16,171 nucleotides of DNA, taken from positions 1 to 16,171 of the forward strand of contig JAYSWN010000010.1 in the NCBI GenBank assembly GCA_043718025.1, written 5' to 3'. Of this stretch, positions 1 through 7,862 are shown piece by piece. Positions within the stretch are counted from its first letter, which is position 1, and each line of letters starts with the position of its first letter. Made by a program: the position numbers and the translations under genes. The stretch comes from Pseudomonadota bacterium (GTDB lineage: Bacteria; Bdellovibrionota; FAC87; UBA2466). The notes beneath the pieces were generated by a model. It was given only the letters and a program-made list of their open reading frames with translations, ran no database searches and was not told the DNA's origin.

Positions 1-41
1 CGCCCCCCAACTCATGATGAATTTCAGAGGCTTAGTTTAGT

Positions 42-87
42 GGGGGGCGACATTTTCGCTGGGGAAAAGGGGGGCGACAAAGTCGCC
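42..87. repeat. Tandem GC-rich palindromic boxes (GCGACAnnnTCGC x2) within an 11-bp direct repeat; possible regulator binding sites
   Basis: GGGGGGCGACA at 42-52 and 69-79; GCGACATTTTCGC at 47-59 and GCGACAAAGTCGC at 74-86; GGCGAC-AAA-GTCGCC at 73-87 is a perfect inverted repeat. The repeat is directly visible; its function is inferred. Confidence 0.55.
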
Positions 88-103
88 GGGTATTCACACC
101 CCA

Positions 104-131
104 TTAAGCTATTTACGTATTGTGTCGATAA
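104..131 (+). promoter_or_regulatory. Sigma28/FliA-like promoter
   Basis: TAAG(105-108)-N15-GTCGATAA(124-131) versus consensus TAAA-N15-GCCGATAA; 8 nt upstream of ATG 140. Confidence 0.55.
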
Positions 132-139
132 GCTTCTTG

Positions 140-1873
140 ATGAGCTCAGAACCAAAACCGGGTCCCCGTCTTGTCGTGATTGAAGGCAAGGAGAAAGGGA
201 AGATCATTGCCTTGAGTGAAGGCGTAGTTGTCATTGGACGCTCAAAAGGCGACGTAGTGATTCCCGACGCGCGCATTTCGCGCTCTCATGTGTCATTGCA
301 TTTTGATGCGAGCACGGGCCGTTTAACGTTCGAGGATCTGAAGAGTCTGAACGGAACTCAGCTAAACGGAGAAACCGCCACTTCCGGTCAGTTGAAAGAC
401 GGCGATCGCCTGCAGGTGGGCAACACCATTTTAGATTGTCAGCTTGGCGCCGAAACCGAAGTGCCGGTGCGTAAGGAATCTAAACCCGCCAAACGCAAAA
501 AAGAGGAGGGGGTAAATTCTTTTGCCGATGCACTTCGCAAAGAGCCCAAGTTGACTTCGGAGCCAAGTAGCGATGCCGAGCTCGCCTCTGACCGCGACGA
601 CGTTTCGGATAAAGTGGCCCAAGATGAGCCAAAGGCTAAGCCATGGCGGTTACTCGCCGGCCTAAAGAAACCGAATTTATCTCTTCGCCCCCCTAGTAAA
701 CGCGCGCGTAATTTGATGGCGGCTTTGGGGATATTGGGCCTGGTCTACGTCTCCATTTCTAATAAGGATAAAGCGCCAACCGTAAAAGCCACTCCCGTTA
801 CGGTGGTGCAAAGCGAAGCTCCGGTTGATATCAATGCCGAAATTGCGCGCCTTGAAGAGGCTCTGAAAAATACACCGACTGACGCGGATACTCTTTTAGA
901 GCTAGGCCGTCTTTACTCAAAACAAGGGCGCTACGATGAGGCTTTAGTGGAGTACCGCAAAGCTCGCGCCATCGCGAATGTGTCGCCGCTGGTGCACGTT
1001 CGACTGATCAATACTTTTTTGCGTACCAATCTAACCCAAGAGGTTGAAGGCGAATTAAATGCCCTAGACCTGGCGATTCGCGAAGGGCGCCATAGTAAAG
1101 AGCTGTTCGTTGAAGCCGCCAGCTTGTACCTTGAATTTCGCGAAATCAAACAGCCGCCCGAAAAAACTTTGATCTTGGCCAAGGCGCTGCAAACTGAATA
1201 CGCACCGGGCGACCCGGTGGGGTACAAGTTAGAAGTGCAAGCCTTGCTGCAACAAAATCGCAGTGCGGAAGCGCTCGAGGCCATTACTAAGGGATTGGCC
1301 TTGGCGCCTAACGACGAATGGTTTTTAGAAAACCAGGCCTACATCTATTTGTCGCAGAAAGAGATCGGCAAGGCGGTTGCTTCCGTCGATAACTGGCTTA
1401 CGTTTTTTCCGCAATCGAGCAAGCCGCTTTTAGTCATGGGCTATCTGAAATTTAATCAAAAAGATTACGCCGGGGTAATCAAATACCTGCAACGCATTGT
1501 CGAGCGCGATAAAGAAGGTTCGATTGACCCCTACCTTGGAGAGTCACTCAGTTTAATGGGCCAAGTTTATGAAGCACAGGGCAATGCGGCCCAGTCGGCC
1601 AGCCTCTTTAAAGCCTCGTGCGACTCAGGTTTCGAAGCCGCCTGCGCTCGGGTGGCCTCATCGACTACGCCCAACTCCGAAAAGGACACTGCAACCGGCG
1701 CCCAATCCCCGTCTGTTCCCGTAGCCGTCTCTCCGACCGCGGCCCCTTCGGCGGCAATAGGACAGCCTTCCCCCGCTTCACTGCCCCAGAAAAATGTGGG
1801 CATTGAGAGTGCCACAAAGGGAACGTGGCCAGCGCGCAAGCCGAATGCAGTCCCCTCCGCGAAGCCGAAGTAG
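140..1873 (+). CDS. FHA domain - transmembrane helix - TPR repeat protein with Pro/Ala/Ser-rich tail
   Basis: N-terminal FHA motifs IGRS, ISRSH, DLKSLNGT, LKDGDRLQVG; charged linker; hydrophobic segment LMAALGILGLVYVSI after basic residues; TPR-like repeats (DADTLLELGRLYSKQGRYDEALVEYRKA; SLSLMGQVYEAQGNAAQSASLFKAS). ATG 140 preferred over GTG 122, which overlaps the putative -10 box. Confidence 0.88.
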   Translation: MSSEPKPGPRLVVIEGKEKGKIIALSEGVVVIGRSKGDVVIPDARISRSHVSLHFDASTGRLTFEDLKSLNGTQLNGETATSGQLKDGDRLQVGNTILDCQLGAETEVPVRKESKPAKRKKEEGVNSFADALRKEPKLTSEPSSDAELASDRDDVSDKVAQDEPKAKPWRLLAGLKKPNLSLRPPSKRARNLMAALGILGLVYVSISNKDKAPTVKATPVTVVQSEAPVDINAEIARLEEALKNTPTDADTLLELGRLYSKQGRYDEALVEYRKARAIANVSPLVHVRLINTFLRTNLTQEVEGELNALDLAIREGRHSKELFVEAASLYLEFREIKQPPEKTLILAKALQTEYAPGDPVGYKLEVQALLQQNRSAEALEAITKGLALAPNDEWFLENQAYIYLSQKEIGKAVASVDNWLTFFPQSSKPLLVMGYLKFNQKDYAGVIKYLQRIVERDKEGSIDPYLGESLSLMGQVYEAQGNAAQSASLFKASCDSGFEAACARVASSTTPNSEKDTATGAQSPSVPVAVSPTAAPSAAIGQPSPASLPQKNVGIESATKGTWPARKPNAVPSAKPK

Positions 1874-1966
1874 CCGGTTCGCCAAAACTGAGTCGCCTTA
1901 ACCAACGCTAACGCCACTTTTGCAAATTTCGGGGGTGTCTCATTTTTCGCGTTACGCTTGAGGTCT

Positions 1967-3028
1967 ATGAAACGCTTGCTTGTTTTGCTTCTCCTGTTTC
2001 TCTCCTTCACCCCTTGGTCGCTTAGAAGCCTCTCGAGCGACCCTCCGTTAAACCGCTATTTAGTTACCGGTCGAGACTTGGCGGCGATGCCAGCGATATC
2101 AAACCGCTACGAGGTCTTCGCCAAGGTTAAAAAAGGCTTCGAGATCATTGTGCCGGCGGCAGACGTGCTTCAGTTCAAGTTACTGGCTCCTCAGGCCGAG
2201 TTAATTGAACTAGATATCGACGCTAAAACGCGAGATTTGGGCCGTAGCGACCGGCGCGGTTATCACACCTTGGCGAGCGTCGAGACCCATTTGAAAAAAA
2301 TGGAGGCCAGTTTTTTCGATCTGGTCCAGATCGAAACTTACGGCAAATCAAAAGAAGGGCGCCCCCTTTTTGCGCTTAAAATGGAAGGGCGTAAATTGGG
2401 CATAAAGAAAGAAGTATTGCTCACCTCGGCCACTCACGGCGATGAATTGATCACGGTCGAAGTGCTATTTGGCTTGATGGATCAATTGTTGGACGGATAC
2501 GGAAACGACGCGCGCCTTACCGAAATTTTAGACAGCCACATTATTTATTTTGTTCCGGTTGTGAATCCCGATGGCTACTCGCGTCGTAGTCGTTACGCTA
2601 ACGGCGTCGACCCTAACCGCGAGTACCCGTGGCCTGAGCAACCCAGCCGCAATCCTAACCCCTGCATCAAAGCGCTGATCGACTTCACTGCCGCCCACCA
2701 CTTTGCCGGGGGATTAGATTACCATTCGGCGATTGGCACTTACATGTACCCATGGTCTTACACGATGAATGCCGTGTCGTCGCAAGATGCGGCCCGCTTT
2801 CACGATGTGGCAAAAAAAATGGCGGCCACCAATGGCTACCAATACGGACAAATTCCGCACCTGCTGTACATCGCCAAAGGCGCCAGCGCCGATTACTACT
2901 ATTGGAAGTACCGCACCTTTGCGATGGCGGTTGAAATTTCGGGAACCAACAACCCGGCCGAATCGCAAATCCCTCACTACGTTCAAGAAAACGCCGAACC
3001 GCTTTGGATCTTTCTCGAGTCGATATAG
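1967..3028 (+). CDS. Secreted M14-family zinc carboxypeptidase (carboxypeptidase T-like)
   Basis: Signal peptide MKRLLVLLLLFLSF; zinc ligands HGDE (HxxE) and DYHS; VVNPDG; ANGVDPNR; catalytic Glu in MAVEI; probable N-terminal pro-region. ATG 1967 preferred over TTG 1958. Confidence 0.93.
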   Translation: MKRLLVLLLLFLSFTPWSLRSLSSDPPLNRYLVTGRDLAAMPAISNRYEVFAKVKKGFEIIVPAADVLQFKLLAPQAELIELDIDAKTRDLGRSDRRGYHTLASVETHLKKMEASFFDLVQIETYGKSKEGRPLFALKMEGRKLGIKKEVLLTSATHGDELITVEVLFGLMDQLLDGYGNDARLTEILDSHIIYFVPVVNPDGYSRRSRYANGVDPNREYPWPEQPSRNPNPCIKALIDFTAAHHFAGGLDYHSAIGTYMYPWSYTMNAVSSQDAARFHDVAKKMAATNGYQYGQIPHLLYIAKGASADYYYWKYRTFAMAVEISGTNNPAESQIPHYVQENAEPLWIFLESI

Positions 3029-3037
3029 AATTTCGCA

Positions 3038-3709
3038 ATGAATCCCAATTTGGATAGCGACTCGGTTGAATTGCGGGTAGCCCGTTTAGAAGCGTTGGCG
3101 ATAACCACGGCCGGCAGTGGAACCTTTTTCGATGTTTTAGATAAGCCGTCCGGTGCGACGGCCCTGGTGTGCTTAGGGGCCGCCGCCTACTGCGCTCAAA
3201 GTGGCCTTGGCCTGCCGAATCATCCCTACCAGTGGGCGGCCGGCACCCTGATTGTCTTCTTTGCCTACCAACGACGTTGGTTTCGTCACCCTAAAGCATT
3301 GTGGCTGTGGTCAATTGCCGCGTTGAATTTATTTGCGGCTTCCTCGCTGGCCAAACTTTTTATCGGTAGTGGCCGCCACTTTCCTTTTCAGTGGTTTAAA
3401 TACCCTGAGTTTACGTGGACGCGGGCCGGCATGATTCCCGAGCCTACGCTTACTTGGCAAGCAATGGCCTTTGCGCATCAGGAAGTTGATCTTACGGCCG
3501 TGCAAACCTTTTTAATTGGTCTGCTCATTGCCGGACGCTGCCTGCGCTTGCAAGGCTTCACCAGTCTGGTCGCGTTACTTCTTCTCACCGCCAGCCTACC
3601 CGCCTTGGTCGGTTTTCATTGGGACTGGGTATTTCCGGCCATGGCGCTTAGCGGAATTGGTTTTTACGTGCAAAGCTCTGGCTTCCGCCCGGCCAAGAGC
3701 CTTCATTAA
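3038..3709 (+). CDS. Hypothetical polytopic membrane protein
   Basis: 223 aa with about six hydrophobic, Trp/Phe-rich segments; fills the gap between two credible co-oriented genes; no family recognised. Confidence 0.75.
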   Translation: MNPNLDSDSVELRVARLEALAITTAGSGTFFDVLDKPSGATALVCLGAAAYCAQSGLGLPNHPYQWAAGTLIVFFAYQRRWFRHPKALWLWSIAALNLFAASSLAKLFIGSGRHFPFQWFKYPEFTWTRAGMIPEPTLTWQAMAFAHQEVDLTAVQTFLIGLLIAGRCLRLQGFTSLVALLLLTASLPALVGFHWDWVFPAMALSGIGFYVQSSGFRPAKSLH

Positions 3710-3717
3710 CAACTGTT

Positions 3718-3746
3718 TCAAGAAATAAGCTCCATTCTGCCGATAA
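3718..3746 (+). promoter_or_regulatory. Sigma28/FliA-like promoter
   Basis: Perfect GCCGATAA at 3739-3746 in the intergenic region, preceded by TCAAG at 3718-3722 (spacer 1-2 nt longer than canonical). Confidence 0.5.
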
Positions 3747-3805
3747 GTAAAAGGGACTGAGATTCTAAATCTCGAGACCTCTTCTCTATTTCAATGGAGC
3801 CCCAC

Positions 3806-5110
3806 ATGAAATTGAATCCGGCTTGGTTGCTTGTCTTAATCACTCTCGTTATTCCACTACCGACGCAAGGCCAAGAGCTTGGTCTCGACGTGGTGAGTTT
3901 AACCGTGCCCGATGGTTTCCGGGTGGTTCAAGAGGCGAGCCAGGAGAACACTAAGTTCCTCATCTTGCAGAATGGGGAGGCGCTGCTTGCCCTCTACGCC
4001 AAAAGTGGCGAAGGGGTCGACGCGAAAAAAGTGTTCGCGAGCCAGTCTGCGCTGGATTCCACCAGCCAAGAAGATCACGGCCCTTTTCACTGGGACTTGT
4101 ATCAAGTGCAGTTTAAGAAACCAAGCGGTGGCCAAGGCCACTTGACCGGCTTCGCCACGAAGTACGGCAACACCACTTTTTACGGTTACTCACGCGCTCA
4201 ATCGGCTTCGCTGGCTAAGAGTAATGCCTTGCCACTTTTGCAGTCGATGCGCCTTCAGCTTCGCTCGCTTACCGGTCAAGAATACTCAGGAAGAAAGTAC
4301 TATTTCGGCTGGGGTGCGGCCGGATCGAATGATCCGTCGATGATGCACAACGAAGTGAAATATGACGTTCTGCACACCCATGATGTTTTTACTAAAGAAA
4401 TAGGCGGCGATTACGTCGGCACGAAAATGACCGGTTCGTCGGTTACCGGTTCGCAAATTAGATCGGAATGGAACCGAATTAAAAGTCTACTCACGCCGAG
4501 CGATATGTTCGTGCAGTATTCCAGCGGCCATGGCTCTACCAGCGGATTGGGCGTCGGCGTGAGTTACAACGAAATTCGCGACAATGCCCTAAGCCTTAAA
4601 GCCAAAGAGATCGTAATCCTTACCATGGCCTGCTATTCCGGCGGGCTGGTCAATGCCTTCAACCAAAAGAAGGACGTTTGGTTAAACTGGCAAAAAGAGG
4701 GGCGCACTTTATTCGTGATGGGGTCCAGCTTAGGTTCTGAAACTTCGTCAACCGGACCCGGCAACGATCCCGACCAGCCGAACACGCCTAACGGTAGCGC
4801 CGGCAGCGCGTTTGGCCATGCGCTCTGGAAATCTTTGATTGGCTATGCCGACGGCTACGTCGATGGCGTGAAAGATGGTTTTTTATCGTTAGAAGAGATC
4901 CGCGATTTTACCATTAAACGTACGCAAGAGATTGGCGGCCATACGCCGGTGGCCACCGGGGCTTACGCCGGTCCGTTAGTCATGAACCGCGTTCCGCCCA
5001 AGAGCTTTCTCGAACGCCTAGAAACCGGGACCGAGGGGCTGAGCGACGAGCAAATTCAGACTCAAATCCAAGCGTTAGATCGCGCCATGGCGGTATCGCA
5101 ACGGGACTAA
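3806..5110 (+). CDS. Secreted clan CD (caspase/legumain C13-C14-like) cysteine peptidase with an extra N-terminal domain
   Basis: Signal peptide MKLNPAWLLVLITLVIPLPTQG with GGAG (3796-3799) 6 nt before ATG 3806; MFVQYSSGHG (His codon 4529-4531) and IVILTMACYSGG (Cys codon 4631-4633), each after a hydrophobic beta-strand; downstream GSAFGHALWKSL and DGVKDGFLSLEEI resemble bacterial caspase-like domains. Confidence 0.75.
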   Translation: MKLNPAWLLVLITLVIPLPTQGQELGLDVVSLTVPDGFRVVQEASQENTKFLILQNGEALLALYAKSGEGVDAKKVFASQSALDSTSQEDHGPFHWDLYQVQFKKPSGGQGHLTGFATKYGNTTFYGYSRAQSASLAKSNALPLLQSMRLQLRSLTGQEYSGRKYYFGWGAAGSNDPSMMHNEVKYDVLHTHDVFTKEIGGDYVGTKMTGSSVTGSQIRSEWNRIKSLLTPSDMFVQYSSGHGSTSGLGVGVSYNEIRDNALSLKAKEIVILTMACYSGGLVNAFNQKKDVWLNWQKEGRTLFVMGSSLGSETSSTGPGNDPDQPNTPNGSAGSAFGHALWKSLIGYADGYVDGVKDGFLSLEEIRDFTIKRTQEIGGHTPVATGAYAGPLVMNRVPPKSFLERLETGTEGLSDEQIQTQIQALDRAMAVSQRD

Positions 5111-5166
5111 GCCCTTCGTGATTTGAAGGCCTACCCTTTTTTCTGCGGGTCTGCTATCGACACACA

Positions 5167-6078
5167 GTGGTACAACTCGAGCGTAGCCATTTTAGTTCCC
5201 TAGGGCCCCGTTTGCTGGGCAATCTCAAAGCCACCCTCACTACGCTTGGACTGGGTAGCACCCTGCTTTTTACCAACGCGTGCCAAATGGCGAGCCTTAT
5301 CATCCGCCCTTTTTCCTCTAAACGGTTTCGCAATTTCAATACGTTTTGCGCCGGCAGTTGGTGGGGCTTGGGGCGCTGGTGGACCGAAGGGCTATACGGC
5401 ATTCGCGCCGTTTTTCGCGGCGATGAAATTCCCGCTGAAGAGAACGCCATCATCATTTGCAATCACCAGTGCATGACCGACATCGTGGCGCTTTGGAGTC
5501 TGGCGTGGCGCAAAGGGCGCCTGGGCGACATGAAGTTTGCGGTGAAACAAGCGCTAAAATATGTGCCCGGCATTGGCTGGGGCATGTGGTTTTTAGATTG
5601 TCTGTTTTTGAAGCGGAATTGGGAAAATGACGAGCGAATGATCCGGGCCACCTTTGCCAAATACGCCCGATTTCAGATTCCGCTTTGGTTAATCTCTTTT
5701 TCTGAGGGCACTCGCCTGACTCGGAAAAAATGGGAGGCGGCTCGTCAGTTTGCGCAAAAACGCGGCTTGCCGGCGCCCGAAAATGTTTTGGTTCCGCGCA
5801 CTAAGGGGTTTGTGGCGGCGGTGAGCGGACTGCGCGATTACGCCACTGCGGTTTACGACATCACCATCGCCTACCCCCAAGGCATCCCCTCGGTATGGCA
5901 GCTGATACAGGGAAGGGTGGATCTCTTTGTGGTTCATGTGCGTCGCTTTCCCATCGAAAGTCTACCGCACGATAAAGCGGAGCTCGCCAGTTGGTTGATG
6001 GGTCGATTCGAAGAAAAAGACAAACTCATTCCTGAGTTATTATCTGAATTCCCGCCACCACCGCCCAATAAGTTTTAA
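5167..6078 (+). CDS. Lysophospholipid acyltransferase (PlsC superfamily; LCLAT1/AGPAT3-5/plant LPAT2-like subgroup)
   Basis: Motif I NHQCMTD (HxxxxD, 5461-5481), motif II LFLKRNW, motif III FSEGTR, motif IV VLVPRTKGF, YDITIAYP, and C-terminal HVRRFPIESLP...WLMGRFEEKDKL. Start codon uncertain (GTG 5167). Confidence 0.93.
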   Translation: MVQLERSHFSSLGPRLLGNLKATLTTLGLGSTLLFTNACQMASLIIRPFSSKRFRNFNTFCAGSWWGLGRWWTEGLYGIRAVFRGDEIPAEENAIIICNHQCMTDIVALWSLAWRKGRLGDMKFAVKQALKYVPGIGWGMWFLDCLFLKRNWENDERMIRATFAKYARFQIPLWLISFSEGTRLTRKKWEAARQFAQKRGLPAPENVLVPRTKGFVAAVSGLRDYATAVYDITIAYPQGIPSVWQLIQGRVDLFVVHVRRFPIESLPHDKAELASWLMGRFEEKDKLIPELLSEFPPPPPNKF

Positions 6079-7667
6079 AACGCGTAGTTTCCGCCCAAGG
6101 CGGCAATCACCCGGTTAAAGCGGTAAGCGCTTACGTTTGAGAAGTTATCCACGTAGCTCACCGTCGCCAGAATATTAAACTCGTCGGTTAACTGGTAACC
6201 GGAACTGGCGATCACGTTGATGCCCTGGTCGCGACGAATGCCGTTTAGGCGATCGGGATACCACGCGGCGCCGATGCCGGCGCTCACTCCCGCAATCCAA
6301 TGGCGATTGAAATATACGGTGTTTCCAAAATCTATCGCGATCCTTCGGCCGCGGAACTCTTCGCCGTTGGTCTGCGTCCAGTATCCGGTTAACGAGATGC
6401 CCGGGTTCCAGTAAGTGGTGGTGTTGGTCGCAATCACTGAAGCACGAGCATATTGCTCCCAACCTGATTCCCGCAGGGTCGCCGAAAATGAGTCGTCGAG
6501 AAACATCTTCTTCGGTTGAAAATAGAGATCTCCAGTGAAAGTCCACTCATCGGTAAGTGGGGTTTTGAGGTACGGGCCCACTGATCCTTGGAGACTAAAG
6601 GCTCCGAGTTGGCCGTTGTTGGTATCGGGATCTACCTGGTACTGAAAGCCCATGACTCCACCGACCTTTAGCCCGTAGCTTGTCGGCTCCAAGGCGTTGC
6701 GGGTGATGTTTACCCGGAAGTCATTTAATAGAAATTGGGCATTGCGAGTGTCGGTATTGAAGTTGTAGTTAAAGCTGCCCCGGTAGCTCGGAACAAATTG
6801 ATATTCGTCGCCGGGTGAAGTGGCGTAGATAATTCCGTAGTTAAGTGTCTCCACCATTGAGCTGGCGCTCGGAATTGACGACCCCGAAGAGCTGCCGGTG
6901 GGCACCGACAGCACGTTTGAATCGTAACCCGTCATCAAGCCCGCGTTCACGAGCAAGGCGCTGTCTTCGAGCGAATGAAGCTCTTTACCCGTTGCTTTTT
7001 GAATTTGATTTGCCAAGTCTTTAGCGGACGCTGAGCTGCCGCGTTGTTTGATTCGGCGGTTAGCCAGGCCGCGTGCTTGCACCAGTCCGCGCACGGCGGC
7101 TTCGGTTTGGTTGTTTTTCATGTCGAGCTGACTCAGTTGAAACTGTGCGGCGGGCTTAATGTCTTCGTTAACTGAATAGAGGGCTTTGCGAAAAAATCCG
7201 CGAGCGTCGTCGTCTCGGCCTTGCTCGTTGGCAATTAGGCCCAAATAGTAGTTTGCGGATCCGGCGGCCTGCGGATCGCTGATCGCCCGATTGAAGCGGC
7301 TAACTGCCGTGCTTACGTCCTTGGCGCGGTAGGCGGCGCGCCCGGCCAGAAACTCAAATTGGGCCACCTCTTTAGGTTTCCCCTCGCGCCGCTTAGTTTC
7401 AATGATGCGATCGTATTGGGCGACGGCCCCCTTTTCATTTTTGCTGGTAAGCAGCTGAGCTTTCAACTCTTGGGCTTCGGTAAGGTTTGGCGTTTCCCTC
7501 AGCAGAGCGTCAACGAGCGCCGTAGCCTTAGGAAAATCTTTGTTGAAAATCGCCAATTGGATTTCTGAAACATCGGCCTCGTATCGGGCGGGAACCGCCG
7601 CATTCACTCTGCTCTCTGGTACGACGACAAAAAGCAGGCTCAGCGCGATCGTGATTTTGATTAACAA
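6075..7667 (-). CDS. TPR-containing outer-membrane beta-barrel protein (Slam/DUF560-like architecture)
   Basis: SD GGGAGG (7678-7673) 5 nt before TTG; signal peptide; TPR-like helices (ANYYLGLIANEQGRDDDARGFFRKAL); about 300 aa of amphipathic beta-strands starting at GLMTGYDSNV; ends in a BAM-type signal with terminal Phe (ALGGNYAF). Confidence 0.82.
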   Translation of the reverse strand: MLIKITIALSLLFVVVPESRVNAAVPARYEADVSEIQLAIFNKDFPKATALVDALLRETPNLTEAQELKAQLLTSKNEKGAVAQYDRIIETKRREGKPKEVAQFEFLAGRAAYRAKDVSTAVSRFNRAISDPQAAGSANYYLGLIANEQGRDDDARGFFRKALYSVNEDIKPAAQFQLSQLDMKNNQTEAAVRGLVQARGLANRRIKQRGSSASAKDLANQIQKATGKELHSLEDSALLVNAGLMTGYDSNVLSVPTGSSSGSSIPSASSMVETLNYGIIYATSPGDEYQFVPSYRGSFNYNFNTDTRNAQFLLNDFRVNITRNALEPTSYGLKVGGVMGFQYQVDPDTNNGQLGAFSLQGSVGPYLKTPLTDEWTFTGDLYFQPKKMFLDDSFSATLRESGWEQYARASVIATNTTTYWNPGISLTGYWTQTNGEEFRGRRIAIDFGNTVYFNRHWIAGVSAGIGAAWYPDRLNGIRRDQGINVIASSGYQLTDEFNILATVSYVDNFSNVSAYRFNRVIAALGGNYAF

Positions 7668-7862
7668 AATTTCCTCCCGGGGTCTAGATACGGACTAGGC
7701 ACAATGTGATTCATAATTCTATACGCGAAAAATTCTTCCTCAATGCCTATCTTTCAAGAGTCTCGCGGATTACGCGCAGAGTTAAGCGCGACGTGTCGGC
7801 GCTGATTGGTTTTTTACTTGGGAAAAATGGTAAATGGTCGGTAAACGAGATAAAATTTCGGC

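Noticed and set aside
1567..2010. 147-aa minus-strand ORF spanning the FHA/carboxypeptidase junction
   Set aside because: Overlaps two well-supported genes; explained by stop-poor low-complexity Pro/Ala/Ser codons on the opposite strand.
3806..5110. Caspase-like protease as part of an anti-phage or gasdermin-type cell-death system
   Set aside because: It has a signal peptide, and no gasdermin, NLR/STAND, TIR or CRISPR-associated neighbour is present.
5113..5142. Hairpin CCTTC/GAAGG followed by a T-run after the clan CD protease
   Set aside because: Only a 5-6 bp stem, and the T6 tract is 7 nt away; too weak to call a terminator.
6052..6098. Poly-Pro tail, repeated CCGCCCAA and 4-nt TTAA overlap of convergent genes
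   Set aside because: Short repeats expected by chance in GC-rich codons; convergent stop-codon overlaps are common.
7696..7720. Sigma54-like GGCAC and CRP-like TGTGA
   Set aside because: No GC at the -12 position after GG-N10, and no TCACA second half-site.
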